From: Octopus bimaculoides | Taxonomy: Eukaryota | NCBI RefSeq assembly: GCF_001194135.2 | Contig: NC_068983.1 | Span: 112,680,271-112,744,270, forward strand | Direction: 5' to 3' | DNA length: 64,000 nucleotides | Part shown: positions 1 to 12,358 of the stretch, piece by piece | Layout of the letters: each line of letters opens with the position of its first letter | Position numbering within the stretch: the stretch's first letter is position 1 | The notes under the pieces: model-generated | What the model saw: only the letters and a program-made list of their open reading frames with translations | Told to the model about the DNA's origin: nothing | The model's database searches: none | Position numbers and translations under genes: made by a program

Positions 1-609
1 AGTTCAAAGTAAAATTCTAGTGTTTATTATGTCTTTCATTCCTAGTCTTCAGCATTGTATAATCATAATCTATGGACAATAGATAATTTCTTTTAACTCA
101 TGTAACCGTCTACATCATACATTTATAATTGATTTTCTTTACTATAGAAAATGTTCCATCATAAATCACTATGCTGTCTAATGAGTTATGTTGTTACTAT
201 TGATCTAAAAAGAAAATTACATAAATCTTTGCCATTATAGAATAGTACCACTTGGAATGAATGACAGAATGAGTGCTGGTTAGTGATTCAAAGTACTACA
301 AAAATCCATGTATAATAATCTTTGATGTAAAATATGCATCTAAATTTTTAAACCTAAATTGTCTTAATTTTAATACTGTATAGATGGTATTCATAAATTA
401 TCTTTACAACTTACACAATTTATTGTATTGTATCATCTAGATGTGTTGCATTCAACCAACCAATGAAATCCACTTCGAAGTGTTCTAATGTTTCTAAGAA
501 AATACTATTTGTTTGTCAGTAAATTCTGCTGAATTATCCTTAGATTTTCATGTTTTTTTTCCTGAAATTTTCAGTTGTAAAGGCAAATTAAAAACACCTT
601 GTATAATTC

Positions 610-816
610 TTTTCTATTCTAGAGACATGGTCCAAAATTTTTAGTGAGGGGCCCAGTCGATTAGATCGATCCCAGTACGCAACTGGTACTTAATTTATCG
701 ACCCCGAAAAGATGAGAAGCAAAATCGACTTCGGTGGAATTTGAACTCAGAACGTAACAGCAGACGAAATACCACTAAGCATTTCGCCCAGCCTGCTAAC
801 GATTTTGCCAGCTCAC
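610..816 (-). mobile_element. tRNA-derived SINE, family A (Deu/Nin-domain-like body)
   Basis: Minus strand reads gtgagctggcaaaatcgttagc...gttctgagttcaaattcc (Pol III A/B-box-like), then tctcatcttttcggggtcgataaattaagtaccag. Flanked by a 15-bp TSD cacc(t/c)tgtataattc at 595-609 and 817-831. Confidence 0.85.
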
Positions 817-1019
817 CACCCTGTATAATTCATTCTTACACAATGCCTATAAAAACAGATAATCTACTATAATCCAATATAATAGTTTTATTATTTAGTT
901 TTATATAAACTATATAAATATCTAATTTTTAAAAAAATGGAAAAAGGACTACGGAAACTATTTTTTTTTTTAATAAAAGTAGGTGAGGACATATTTTGCT
1001 ACCCAATATTGCATATTAA

Positions 1020-1124
1020 CCTTTAGCACACTGCATTTTCTCTAGAATGTTCCCCTTGCCACTGCCCTGTTACTACAGGGGAGAAAACTCCTATGGTGAC
1101 ATGATGCACCTAGTGTGCTAAAGG
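1020..1124. mobile_element. 105-bp TTAA-flanked MITE (piggyBac-like ends)
   Basis: ttaa-cctttagcacact (1016-1032) and agtgtgctaaagg-ttaa (1112-1128) are perfect reverse complements. Confidence 0.85.
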
Positions 1125-1194
1125 TTAAACGCACCCATAATTTTGATTGAAAAGTATGTATTGTAAATAGAGATTTATAGAATGTTATTCGTTT

Positions 1195-1380
1195 TTAGTT
1201 ATTCACTGATATCAATGACTGGACTCTGGCCTTGCTGGAGTACAGCCTTCAAAGAATTTAGTCATTCACATCAACAGCACTACAATATTCATCAAACTGC
1301 TAAGTTATGGCATTGACAAAACGGTATTCAACTTTGGTTTGGAGACATGTACATAAATACACATACAGTATGCATACACA
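1195..1380 (-). mobile_element. degenerate 3' fragment of SINE family B
   Basis: gctggagtacagcc and aactgctaagttatgg resemble the family B 3' half at 13126-13330. Confidence 0.45.
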
Positions 1381-1990
1381 TGATGGATGTATTCAGCCTC
1401 CTTACTCATAGTTCCTCTTTCTCTTTCTCCTCTTGGACATAAGTCTATCATGCTAGATCTCTTCTGTTCCTCTTCCTATCAAGCTGGTTGGAACAGAAAG
1501 GAACATGTAAATGACTGTGACAACACAGGAAAGAGGAGATGCTCTTTAGTCTTACCAAGATTGAAACAAACTCTCTGATGCCAATTAGTGAATGAACAGA
1601 GAAATCAAAGATTATAGAGGTTCTTTAGGTTTTGCCACAGATACGATAACCTCAATAGTGCTGGTACAATGAGAGAATGCATACAGAACATGCTGTAATG
1701 TGGTTGGCAATGCAATGAGCATCCTATGATAGAAACTATTCCCAAAAATTGTGACATGCAAGATGATTTGGCCTAGGAATAAATTATTATCTAAATGAAC
1801 TTCATTAGCTTACAGCTGTTTCCACTTTAAGATGTGATGAAACTCATAGCTGAATGCCTGAGTAACACATCACAGTTTCATCTGAGCCTTAAACAAGTGA
1901 GTGGACAAACAAAAGAGAAAGGCACTCAACGCAGTTTGTAGGAGTTATATATATCATTCGAGTTCTATTACTCTACTTGCATCATCAAAT

Positions 1991-2021
1991 TACACACACA
2001 CACACAAACACACGTCCTTGA

Positions 2022-2085
<64 letters not shown>

Positions 2086-2170
2086 ACATACATACATATA
2101 TATATATGTATATATACATACATATATATATATATATATGTGTGTGTGTTACATGCACACACACATATAT
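1991..2170. repeat. compound (CA)n/(TA)n/(TG)n microsatellite
   Basis: Directly visible; source of the spurious ORFs at 1901-2271. Confidence 0.95.
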
Positions 2171-3644
2171 GCATACATACATATAATATTTGCATGAATT
2201 GGAAAGGGATGTATTTGAAGCAGGATTGCACAAGAATACATTTTTCAAACCAAAAGACTAAATTCTTATAAGCATGTATTTTATATAATTATGTTGTATA
2301 TGTCTTTCTTTCTTTACAATCAAATCAGCTATTTAAGCAATCAGTTATCCAAACAAAATAATCCTTGTTCTTCTGCTCTGGATATTTAATGAGTAACTGT
2401 GCAATTGTGAGCAGCAGCAGTCGACATGTTTGTATACTTTTGAAGTTAATAACTCTAATGATCCATTGATAAATTCATCAAGAAACGTGATGTTATTAAT
2501 GGTAATAATGTAAGATAGAGAAATATTGATTGTTAACTTTTACATATTTTCACAGTAAGGTAGGAGACATTTACCAACTATTAAAGAATTAAGTCTACCT
2601 TCACAAAATATAACTTAGCAGTGTGTATTAACATTACAAACAGTCTGTTATCAAACACTTCTGTTTTTTTTTAATTCTTTTTTTTTTTATAAAAGTTTGT
2701 CATTCCTCATTAATCTCCTTAGATTCTTTTTGTCTCCACATCAGAATCTGTGATCATATATGACCACTATTATGCCTGCAACATTTCTGATAATAAAATG
2801 TCAATATTTCAAAGACATAATGAGGAAATCTAATTAATTCAGCTGAAGGCAAGTATATTATGCTAAAAGGCATAAGCTGCTAAGATCTCTTGAACAATCT
2901 GAAATGGTTTTGAAATATATCTCAACAAAGGATTCTGTAAATCAATGAAAATGATTTGTTAAGGAAATATCTTACTGACTGGGGAGTATTTCTAAATATT
3001 TAAGTATTTAAATACTTAAGTTGTTTCTTTTATCTCCATTTACTGAGTATAAAGAAAAGACATTTGTTAACTAAAATGGAAGAATATACAAATATCTGTA
3101 AATGAAATCACATATGTTGAATAATAAAACTAGAGAGATAACTTCAAAAAGAGTTGTACATCATTTTAAAATGGAAACATTGCCAATGTACAGATAAAGC
3201 TAATCAGCAGGGAAGTCCACCACCGAAGAGATATATAAATTAGAGCATATCCAAAAAATTTTATTATGCATAGTATCAGAATATACTGTGTAGATAATAT
3301 TCTGTTTGAACGTGATGTTCTTCCTATGTATTGTCTAACTATTTTACTGTGTTACACTACATTAACTACAAACTTTCTAATGAATGAAATAAAGCTAACA
3401 ATGATGGCTTTGTCTCTTAGTATGAAATATCTCAAATATATAAATGTAGAAAAATTAAAAGATAGTTCTTTAGAATTACGTTTATATTATTTATGGTGAT
3501 AAGGATAATAACAATTATCGATCTCATTGCTATCTTCATAATGTTCATTTTTTGGCCTAAATGGGTTGATCTGAGCAAGACTGTAATATAACTTATTCCC
3601 CCCCCCACCCCACCACCACCACCACCATAATCATTATTATTATG

Positions 3645-3748
3645 ATCATGTTCAACTTCAGCAGAATTTGAACTCAGAACATAAAGCTGAATGAAATGTT
3701 GCTAAGCATTTTGTCCAGCATGCTAATGATTCTGCCAGCCTGCTGCCT
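3645..3748 (-). mobile_element. 5' fragment of SINE family A
   Basis: gcagaatttgaactcagaac...ctaagcattttgtccagcatgctaatgattctgccagc matches the family A head. Confidence 0.75.
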
Positions 3749-4955
3749 ACCCTTTTCGATACCAACCAGCTCTGGCTCTGTAGTATAAATGTCTTGTTTT
3801 CATAAGTTTTGAATTAAAATCTTCTACCAAACCTTAGTCACAGTTATCAACAGATACTTATTTCTATTTTTTTCTTGATATTCCTCTCACCAGGAATATT
3901 TTCACTATCAGTGCATTTTATGTTTTCAACCAGAAGATACCCATATGCATGACATGGTCATATTAGTTGAGATATTTTTTTGTATCCTGTGCACATTGGT
4001 TGTTGCTTTTAATTTCCATTTTGTTCCAGTTTTCTTGCACTTCACTGCTCATGCAACTTTATCTTTAGCATGTCATAATCAAGATAATCAAGCATCATAT
4101 TCCTCAAATCAATTCCCAATCATCACACATTAACAAATAGTTTTGGGGTGAGGTGGAGAGGAGAGTGACATTTTATTGCAAACAGAATAATTTATTGAAC
4201 ATTAAGTAACTAAAAAACCCTGCAACCCACTAGAAATAGTAATCATATCTTTCTTGAATGGAATATATCAAAAGACATGTTTGTCACGGTGAGAACATCA
4301 AAATCTATTCTGTGATGGCTCACTTGGAACTACAGTAGCAGCATCATACTAACCTTTTTCTATCCTTACTTATTCCACTAAAAGTAAAATTGTCTAGCAC
4401 TAATACCTTTAGTAACCACTAGCTCTAAAATGATTGATAATCTGAGGAATAAAAACTAATAGCTACGCTTAGGGAGTTATCTGAGCAATTTGTAGCATAT
4501 TCTACTACTGTTATCCTTATATATTTGCTACTGTGGCTCACATTTTCAGATTACAAACAGATATATAATAATGTTTTAAATCATAGTTCATCTACAAATA
4601 AAGTAATTCAACTATGTTAGATGTAATTCTATTGGATTAAAACAAAACTGAATCCAATGAAGACTTTTAAATACATTTGTATTGGTTGAAAACTATGCTA
4701 GACTTGTTCTTACTGTTACCATGTATTTTATTCTCTAGCATAAAAGAAAGAACTATATAATATATCAAGCAATTGGTTTCTCCCAAAAGAACAAAAGAAT
4801 TTTGTTATGAAACATAACAATAGAACAAACATATTTTGGTATGGAATTCAAGACTGTTGTAGCCCATTTTCAACAATAAACAGATGGGAAAATCTTTAAC
4901 CATGTCAGTATTAGTCTACTTAAGAAGAAAATACCACCAGTTTGCATAATGACTT

Positions 4956-4966
4956 GCGCGCGCATG

Positions 4967-5022
<56 letters not shown>

Positions 5023-5048
5023 TGCACACGCACGTGCACACACACACA
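4956..5048. repeat. (CA)n microsatellite
   Basis: Directly visible. Confidence 0.95.
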
Positions 5049-6537
5049 TGATTATGATACTGTTTTGTGCTCGTAATCGTATGCAAACATGCCAAACTTT
5101 CTGTTTAAGCATTATTCAATCATTTTGGTTTAACAAATTAACTGTAACAATTCTGATGGCAGCTCATCCAAGCATAGCTGAACATCGAACATTATTTTGT
5201 TCATCCAAAATATTCTTGTTACTGTACATTACTGCTTTATAATTCTTTTTCAGTTCATGAACACCAATTCACTGTAATGTCTTTAGTTCTGAGACAGATT
5301 TTTCATAATGAAAAAGTAGGAAATTGGTTAAAATTTAGTTCTTGTTTAATTCTCATTTACACTTCAAGTAACTTTTTTTTATTCTTCCTCATAAATGCAG
5401 AACAATATGAGTACATGCTAAATACCTAAGAATTCATATGCTTAATTATTCTAATATTCTTGGCACCAATTATTTAGTGAGATAATAATAGAACATCTTT
5501 TCTTTGTTCAATTTGTATAGATGCAGATAGATTTTTAATTAATGATTATTTAAAAGTTATTATTAATGTTGTTTTCTTGTTTGTCTTTTTCAAACTCCGT
5601 GTCAGTTTTCTGTGTAGCATATAATTACGTTAATTTCTTCACACACATTTATCTTATTTTGCAAAAAAAACCCCCAAAAAACCAATAACTGAAATATTCT
5701 TATCATCATCAACATCTTTACAATTTATATTAAGAAATTGGTGACCTATCTTGAATTCACAAAATATTTATTGTCTACATTTGTTGTTTCTATAAAGCTC
5801 CAGGTCAACTCTGATTATGCCAGCTTATGGATCATCATCTGAATGACTACATAATGGTATGATCTACATAATAACTTGTATTCCTTGATGTAGACAGGCC
5901 TTGAACTTCCACCACTTATATAAACCTGACTCACTCATCTTTCCACCTCTTATCAACCTTGTTTGAAAACAAAGCTGCAGCACTATGCATTTCATTACAC
6001 AGTAGATGATCATAAGAAATGTAGTCTTGCTATTTCAAATTGTTGTACTATTTCTCTACAGTTGTATATTCTGTCGGTTGCCACAGCAGAGGAAAACGAA
6101 ATCAACTCGGCCAGTTGTTCCTTGATATGATTTTTGAAGTGCCTCTGCTACCTAGTATATCCATCACATCTAAATTTCTAGTTCTCTGTGTCAGTCTGCC
6201 AGAAATCTTGCACAGCTTCTGTACATTTTGTTTCAACTCAATACACAATAGTGAATTCCTATTAATTTCCTTTCTAAATGTTGAGCAAAAGTTATTCCAA
6301 GAAGACAATGAAATTCCACTGTATGCATCTCGTCAGCATATCTCAAAGATTACTCTGAATAAATATAATTAAAGAACACTTGCTTCTAAAGTTAATTCCT
6401 GACTATCAGCTACTACTTGTAACTCACATTACTCAGAACAAACTGGATAATAATAGAGTGAACCCTTTACAAATGCAAACTAAACTTGTTAGTTGCTCAA
6501 TCATTCTTAGCAGCTAACAATATATATATATAACAAG

Positions 6538-6568
<31 letters not shown>

Positions 6569-6665
6569 ACAAGATATATATATATATATCTGTTGACGGT
6601 TATTTTTAATACTTTTCTCATGAGATTGCATGTTCATTTCTCTTTTTGCCATCTGTGATTCATAT

Positions 6666-7211
6666 TGATGGCTTGTTGCCAACTTAATGTGGCAGTCCCA
6701 GGAAAGGGAAGAATGCTACTGCTATTTAGCTCCAAGAAACACCGTTTCTAGTTGGCTATGGGACAAGCGTCCTCTGTCCTTAAGTTTTCAAACAGGGGAG
6801 ATAAGCACCTCCACCCAACAAAGCTAGCATTTGAGAGATTTAGAAATGCAATATTTTTAATTTTGTAGATCAGTGAATTTATTTCACTTGAAATTCTATA
6901 AGTTTTCAACAGTGATTTATCACTCACAGCTAGCAAAGCCAAGCTACTCCAGAGTGATGAAGGGCAACTACCCTGAAACTAGTCTCTGAATGCTGGCTTT
7001 GTTGGGTGGAGGTGATTATCTCCCCTGTTTGAAAACTTAAGGACTCAGAACGCTTGTGTTGTGTAGCCAGCTAGAAACGGTGTTTCTTGTGGCTAAACAG
7101 CAGTAGCATTCTTCCCTTTCCTGGGACTGCCACATTAAGTTGGCAACAAGCCATCACTTTATCATACTGCTACTGCATAACTCTCTTTGAGAGATTTAGA
7201 AATGCAATATT
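6666..7211 (+). mobile_element. Penelope-like / retrozyme-like relic: inverted ~166-bp arms plus a 356-bp unit with 26-bp direct terminal repeat
   Basis: 6666-6831 is the reverse complement of 6989-7156 (about 90% identical by eye, outer 58 nt identical). tttgagagatttagaaatgcaatatt occurs at 6830-6855 and 7186-7211. A hammerhead motif lies at 6950-6988. Confidence 0.6.
6950..6988 (+). ncRNA. minimal type I hammerhead ribozyme motif (C3-to-G variant)
   Basis: caga (stem I) - gtgatga (core, canonical CTGATGA) - aggg caacta ccct (stem II) - gaaa - c ta g (minimal palindromic stem III) - tc (cleavage after C6984) - tctg (stem I). Confidence 0.65.
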
Positions 7212-7276
7212 CCTAACATTTATATTGTTAGTTTCATATAACTTTAGTATCTCATTTGTCCAGAAAAATCTCTTAC

Positions 7277-7320
7277 TATTTCCAGTAATTGGGTAGAACT
7301 TCATGTACAACTTGATAAAC
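7277..7320 (-). CDS. candidate small coding exon (VYQVVHEVLPNYWK)
   Basis: gctgttttag acceptor and gtaaga donor around a 44-nt open frame. It is not securely linked to the other exons. Confidence 0.3.
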
Positions 7321-8170
7321 CTAAAACAGCTACTACAACACCAATTTTAGCACATCAGCATTGAGTTTAACACTTTTTATAGCTCATCAATTATCTCTGG
7401 TCATCTGGAAATTTCTCGGATTTTTATCTTTATTGCCTCATTTACCATACTTGCAATAACACCTAAAACTTGCCCTTCAGTCCTTTCCCTAGATTTTAAG
7501 CTTTAACTAACTTATTTATATCCTTTGATTAATAGGAATTAATGCAGAAGCAGCTATATGGTCATTTTCCTTTGTGTGTGTGTGTGTGTGTGTGTGTGTT
7601 TGTGCCTTTGTGAATGTATGTAATGTATGTATGTATGTATGTATGTATGTATGTATTTATGTATGTAAGTATGTGTGTAAATGTATCAGTCAAGTCTCCC
7701 TGAAATAACACCCTATCAGCTTTTAAAAAGGAATGCATTGGATGTGAATGTTTTAGAAACATTCAGCACCAAAAAAATAATGAAATAGGAAAAAGAGATG
7801 GGATAGTCATAATTGGAATGACACTAAACATAGATGTACTTGATCAGTGTTGACCTGAGGTTAAGCTGCACCAACCACAAATTACATTATGGTAAGTGAG
7901 AGAACCAACATAATAAGGCAATTCTCACCAATGATATTTTGATCTGTGCAACCATACAGCCTTGAAATATAGAATATTTTATGATTTTTTATTTTTAGCA
8001 AGCATTCAACTTTTTGTACCTTTGGTGGATAAGTAAACTTGACCTTATATCTAGCTTACTGATATCACTCCCTGCAACTCTTTAACCCTTTCATTACTGT
8101 ATTTATTTTGAGATGCTCTGTATTTCTCTCAATTAATTTTAAATATAACTGGGTTCAGTCATACTATGTG

Positions 8171-8258
8171 GACATTTGGGCAAGTGTGTTCTTCTATAGC
8201 TTCAGGCTAACCAAAACCTTGTGAGTGGATTTAGTAGATGGAAACTGAAAGAAGCCCA
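8171..8258 (+). mobile_element. fragment of SINE family B (CORE-like part)
   Basis: tttgggcaagtgt...ccttgtgagtggatttagtagatggaaactgaaagaagccc followed by (at)n, as in full copies. Confidence 0.75.
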
Positions 8259-8429
8259 TCATATATATATGATCGAACACCACGCATCCATTTCCAAGTA
8301 AGTTTTATCTTAATAATTCCGACGTGCACTCTACAACCTATCTCTATTCTATCTCCTTCTTTTGTTCTTTTTCCTTTCTGTTTTTCTCTCCCACCCTTTC
8401 CCTAATTCTTCTCCTCTCCCCTTCACCAT

Positions 8430-8769
8430 AAAAAATAAAGATCCCCTTCGGTCATGAATGACCATGGGATTGCACCTAAAATGTTCCCCTCTGAGGCACA
8501 AGTCCAAGCAAGGTTGTTTATGGAAGACTAGCAATCACCCATGCATACAGCTTCCCCTCTCCATGCCACCAATATTATCCAAAGGGAAAGCAAAGGCCAA
8601 TACAGCTTGGCACTAGTGACGTCACAACTCATTTCTCCAGCTGAGTGAGCTGGAGTAACATGAAATAAAGTGTCTTTCTCAAGAGTACAACACACAGTCT
8701 GGTCCAGGAATCGAACTCACTACTTCATGATTGTGAGCCCATTACTCGAACCACTGAGCCATGTGCCTT
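8430..8769 (-). mobile_element. tRNA-derived SINE, family D
   Basis: Minus strand starts aaggcacatggctcagtggtt (A box)...gagttcgattcc (B box), then cttgagaaagacactttatttcatgttactccagctcactcagctg, and ends ccgaaggggatcttta. Confidence 0.75.
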
Positions 8770-9263
8770 ACCCTAGATAGATGCGAAATAGGGATATGAT
8801 GTGATTGATATGTGTTGAGTAAAGAGATGCAGAGTGACAGAGATGGAGACTGCAAGCAGCTAAATGCAGATAGCGTGAGTGACAAGAACGATGGGTGTGT
8901 ATATGATAGATATGAGGGGACGTTCAGGAGAATAGAGTGTTTCATGGAAAATAAAGTAGTAAAGAATTATGTTCTGAGTGCAGTAAGGGTGGCAAGAGAA
9001 TTGGCTCCAAAGAAAGGAATAACTAGTAACACCAAAAATGGAAGGGATGTAGTTGATTACTTCTGGTAATATGGTCATCTATTTAGCAGGAAGTAGCAAA
9101 ATTACTGGGGTTGGAAATTATCTGATATCCATATATTTTTAAAGAACATTAGTGATATAAGTGGTGCAAAATGGCCACAGCTTTAACTGGATATTAAATC
9201 TCAGTCACTGATTCAGCTCACCAAAAGCTTACCTTTTATCCAATGTACTCAGTTCATAGTTAT

Positions 9264-9490
9264 TAACCTTTTAGCCTTCAGATTATTCGGTCAAATGAAT
9301 TGCTTATTTATTCACATGGTTTTGAAATAATCATGCATTATTTTGTAGCTTCAAGATTTCAATGGTGTATTTTTATATTTTTAGAATACCACTGTAGGGT
9401 AGGTATGAGAGACTGGATCTGGTCAGTTTTAACATAAAACAGATGGAATGTTTGGGCCAGATATAACCGTATTAAATGCTAGATGGATAA
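9264..9490. mobile_element. degenerate TTAA-type MITE
   Basis: Begins ttaaccttttagccttc and ends aatgctagatggataa, a degenerate version of the ttaaccctttagcatt...aatgctaaagggttaa end pattern. A related left end lies at about 8083. Confidence 0.5.
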
Positions 9491-10416
9491 TATTTCAAAA
9501 CCTTAAGGACAGTAGCAATTACACAAAGTCACTAACAATTAGATAACTGACTATAACCAATTTCATATTCATTCTGAGTTCCAGCTGATTCAACATTGTC
9601 TTTTTCCCTTCAAGAGTTGATAAAACAAGTGCCAGTAATATAGTGACATCTGTTTTATTCTTTATATCTTTCCTCTTCAAAATATTGATCGCATAAGAAA
9701 AATAAAGGAGAAAAAATAATAATATTTGTGTTAGTAAGACGAAGTAATGAAAGGAAACAGAAAATTAAGAACAAAAGTTGAAAATAAAATGGAAATAATC
9801 TTTTACTTTCTCATTTCTCTGTCCCTTATGCCCCATACACACACATACACACACATATATCTCCATGGTTTTTCCATTATGAAACATCATCTTGATTAGA
9901 TGTAGTGAACCAGAAATATTCTGACATAGAACTGACCACCAGCTTAGTTATAATGAGAAAGATATTTTTTCCCCTTTAGACATTGAAGATAAAGAAAATC
10001 TCCACTCCACTTCACCTCCATTTCTTAGATATTTCACCCTCCTTAAATATTTCCCCATCTTCCAACAGACCATGTGACAATACTGTGAAACATTGAGTAT
10101 CTCTAATTTCTGTTTACTTTATCTCAATTTTGTTCTTTAACTCTTTTTCCTTATTGTAACAATAGAAAGGGAAACTTTTATTGTGTTATTTTAACATCTT
10201 TGGAGAATTTCATTCAAATACTATTTTGAATAAATTTTGTGGAATTAGACAGCTTCACAGTATGATACAAATGTATTAGTCTCACAGTTACCTGTTTATA
10301 TCCTTTTACCAGCACTTCCTAGCACTTATATTCAAAATATCTAATTCTGTATGTCCCAGTTCATTAGATATTTGCATAGCATCAAATACTTTTTTTTTTA
10401 TTATTATTTAGTTAAC

Positions 10417-10466
10417 TGCAGGCTGTTTCTTCTACTGCTAATAGTTCAGTAACAGCATACAGAGAG
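10417..10466 (-). CDS. candidate small coding exon (SLYAVTELLAVEETAC)
   Basis: tgtatttag acceptor, gttaac donor, 50 nt, phase 2 to 1. It is phase-compatible with the candidate 31-nt exon at 12271-12301. Confidence 0.3.
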
Positions 10467-10643
10467 CTAAATACATTTAGTGAGCAATCAGCGTTTTGTT
10501 TTTCATGCATACATAACACTATGTCAGGAACTGTCAATAGACAGAAGTACATAGTAAAAGGTGAATGTGGAGAGAAAATCAGAGCAAAATGCTGATAAAA
10601 TTTGTGACATTATGCCGGAGGAGGAGGAGGGGAGGAGGAGGGG

Positions 10644-10743
10644 NNNNNNNNNNNNNNNNNNNNNNNNNNNNNNNNNNNNNNNNNNNNNNNNNNNNNNNNN
10701 NNNNNNNNNNNNNNNNNNNNNNNNNNNNNNNNNNNNNNNNNNN
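10644..10743. other. assembly gap (100 N) inside a (GGA)n/G-rich tract
   Basis: N run, visible. Confidence 0.99.
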
Positions 10744-11260
10744 GGAGGGGGAATGGGAGGAGGAGGACAATGTATCTCTCCTTCACCCTCCCTCTCACAA
10801 ACATACAATTTCTCTCTCCTTCAGGCACAAACTTCGAAATTGGTAAAAGTTATGGTTGAAAATCGATTTTTACAGGTATACACAGGTACCTCTGAGAGAG
10901 AAAGTTGACGAAAATGCACATAGGATCATTCTGAATCTCCTCCTAAAATTGGAGCGACATGCATGCTAATTTGTGGACATGCATAAACTACATTCACGTA
11001 CACACACACACACACACATCCTGCCTTATATATATTCTGATGATAACACCCACTTATTTAAGCTTTAGTCAGATCTCACATATCAATATGAACTGTATAT
11101 TCTTTAAATATTTTTACATTGAAGTAGCAGTAAAGAAATCCCTTTAAATCAGGCTCCCATCTTAAAACAGGGAACACTCAAGGAACAATGTCATTCTAGA
11201 TGTACAAAAAGACAGATTAATCAAAGCTGGAATGCTTTTTATCATAGATCTATTTGTTCA

Positions 11261-11655
11261 GGGTGGAGGTGCAATGGCCGAGTGGTTAGGGCAGCGGACT
11301 CGCAGTCATAGGATCGCGGTTTCGATTCCCAGACAGGGCATTGTCAGTGTTTATTGAGCAAAAACACCTAAAGCTCCACGAGGCTCTGGCAGGAGATGGT
11401 GGCAAACCCTGCTGTACTCTTTCACCACAACTTTCTCTCACTCTTTCTTCCTGTTTCTGTTTTACCTGTATTTCAAAGGGCCAGCCTTGTCACACTTTGT
11501 GTCACGCTGAATCTCCCTGAGAACTACGTTAAGGGAACACGTGTCTGTGGAGTGCTCAGCCACTTGCACATTAATTTCACGGGCAGGCTATTCCGTTTAT
11601 CGGATCAACTGGAAACCTCGACGTCGTAAGCGACGGAGTGCCAACAACAACAACA
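11261..11655 (+). mobile_element. full-length tRNA-derived SINE, family E
   Basis: tggccgagtgg A box, gtttcgattcc B box, 3' stem-loop cgtcg-taag-cgacg and (caa)n tail. 9-bp TSD atttgttca at 11252-11260 and 11656-11664. Confidence 0.9.
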
Positions 11656-12358
11656 ATTTGTTCACGGCTGATGTAGATTAAACAATGATGACATCAACTA
11701 AAACAAAAACAACTACACTGTTTCTATATTGATCAGTTAATGAAGATTGTCTACAAGGTAGTGGAAACAGGTTGTTAAAATTTATGTGCAATAAATTGGT
11801 TTTGCTTCTACAATAGATGGAATATTTTGACAAATTTTTTTTATATAATTCTTTATAATATTTAAGTATAAAAATATATTAGGAATTTTTAAACATCAAA
11901 TGGCTATGAGGGTCCTAAAGGAAGTCCATAGGCGAAATATGGTTGAGAACTACTGGTCTACAAGATTACTCAATTTACTAGACATAGCAGCCAAATTCCC
12001 TTAAGTCACACCCTAAATCTTAATGGATAATGTAACTTGGTGTACATTATGCTCATACAAGAAAAATAGAAAATAAATGTGATAGCCATAGCCAGAATAT
12101 GCTCAATTATAGGTCTTCTGACTCAGAGCTGATTTGGTATCAAACAAAAATAACAGTATCTCTATATAATATTTTCTATCACAGACTTGTGTGGTAAACT
12201 GGGCCAGAAACAGATGAGCTGACAGATTTCCCTGTGGTTGAGATGCTAGTTTGTATCATGTGATATTTACGTCAGGCAGTTTACATCAGTAGACATTCTC
12301 TCTGAAAGAAACTGTTGCTTACTCATCAATTTAAAGAATTAATCATTATTGAAATCTA

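Noticed and set aside
1901-2271. ORFs with YIYI/CVCV/HTHT runs here and at 4870-5242, 14907-15632, 26429-26929, 29089-29777 and 41663-42011
   Set aside because: Translations of di- and trinucleotide microsatellites.
5960-6380. 110-aa plus ORF, and protein-like minus fragments (FKNHIKEQLAELISFSSAVATDRIYNCREIVQQFEIARLHFL)
   Set aside because: Multiple stops, no usable splice pair and no motif I can assign; probably an old TE relic.
11261-11335. tRNA gene-like sequence (also the heads at 8700-8769, 22513-22580 and 61240-61307)
   Set aside because: SINE heads continuing into SINE bodies with TSDs; no complete cloverleaf or acceptor stem.
11750-11955. Possible hAT MITE (right end ggttgagaactactg)
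   Set aside because: No matching left TIR or TSD found.
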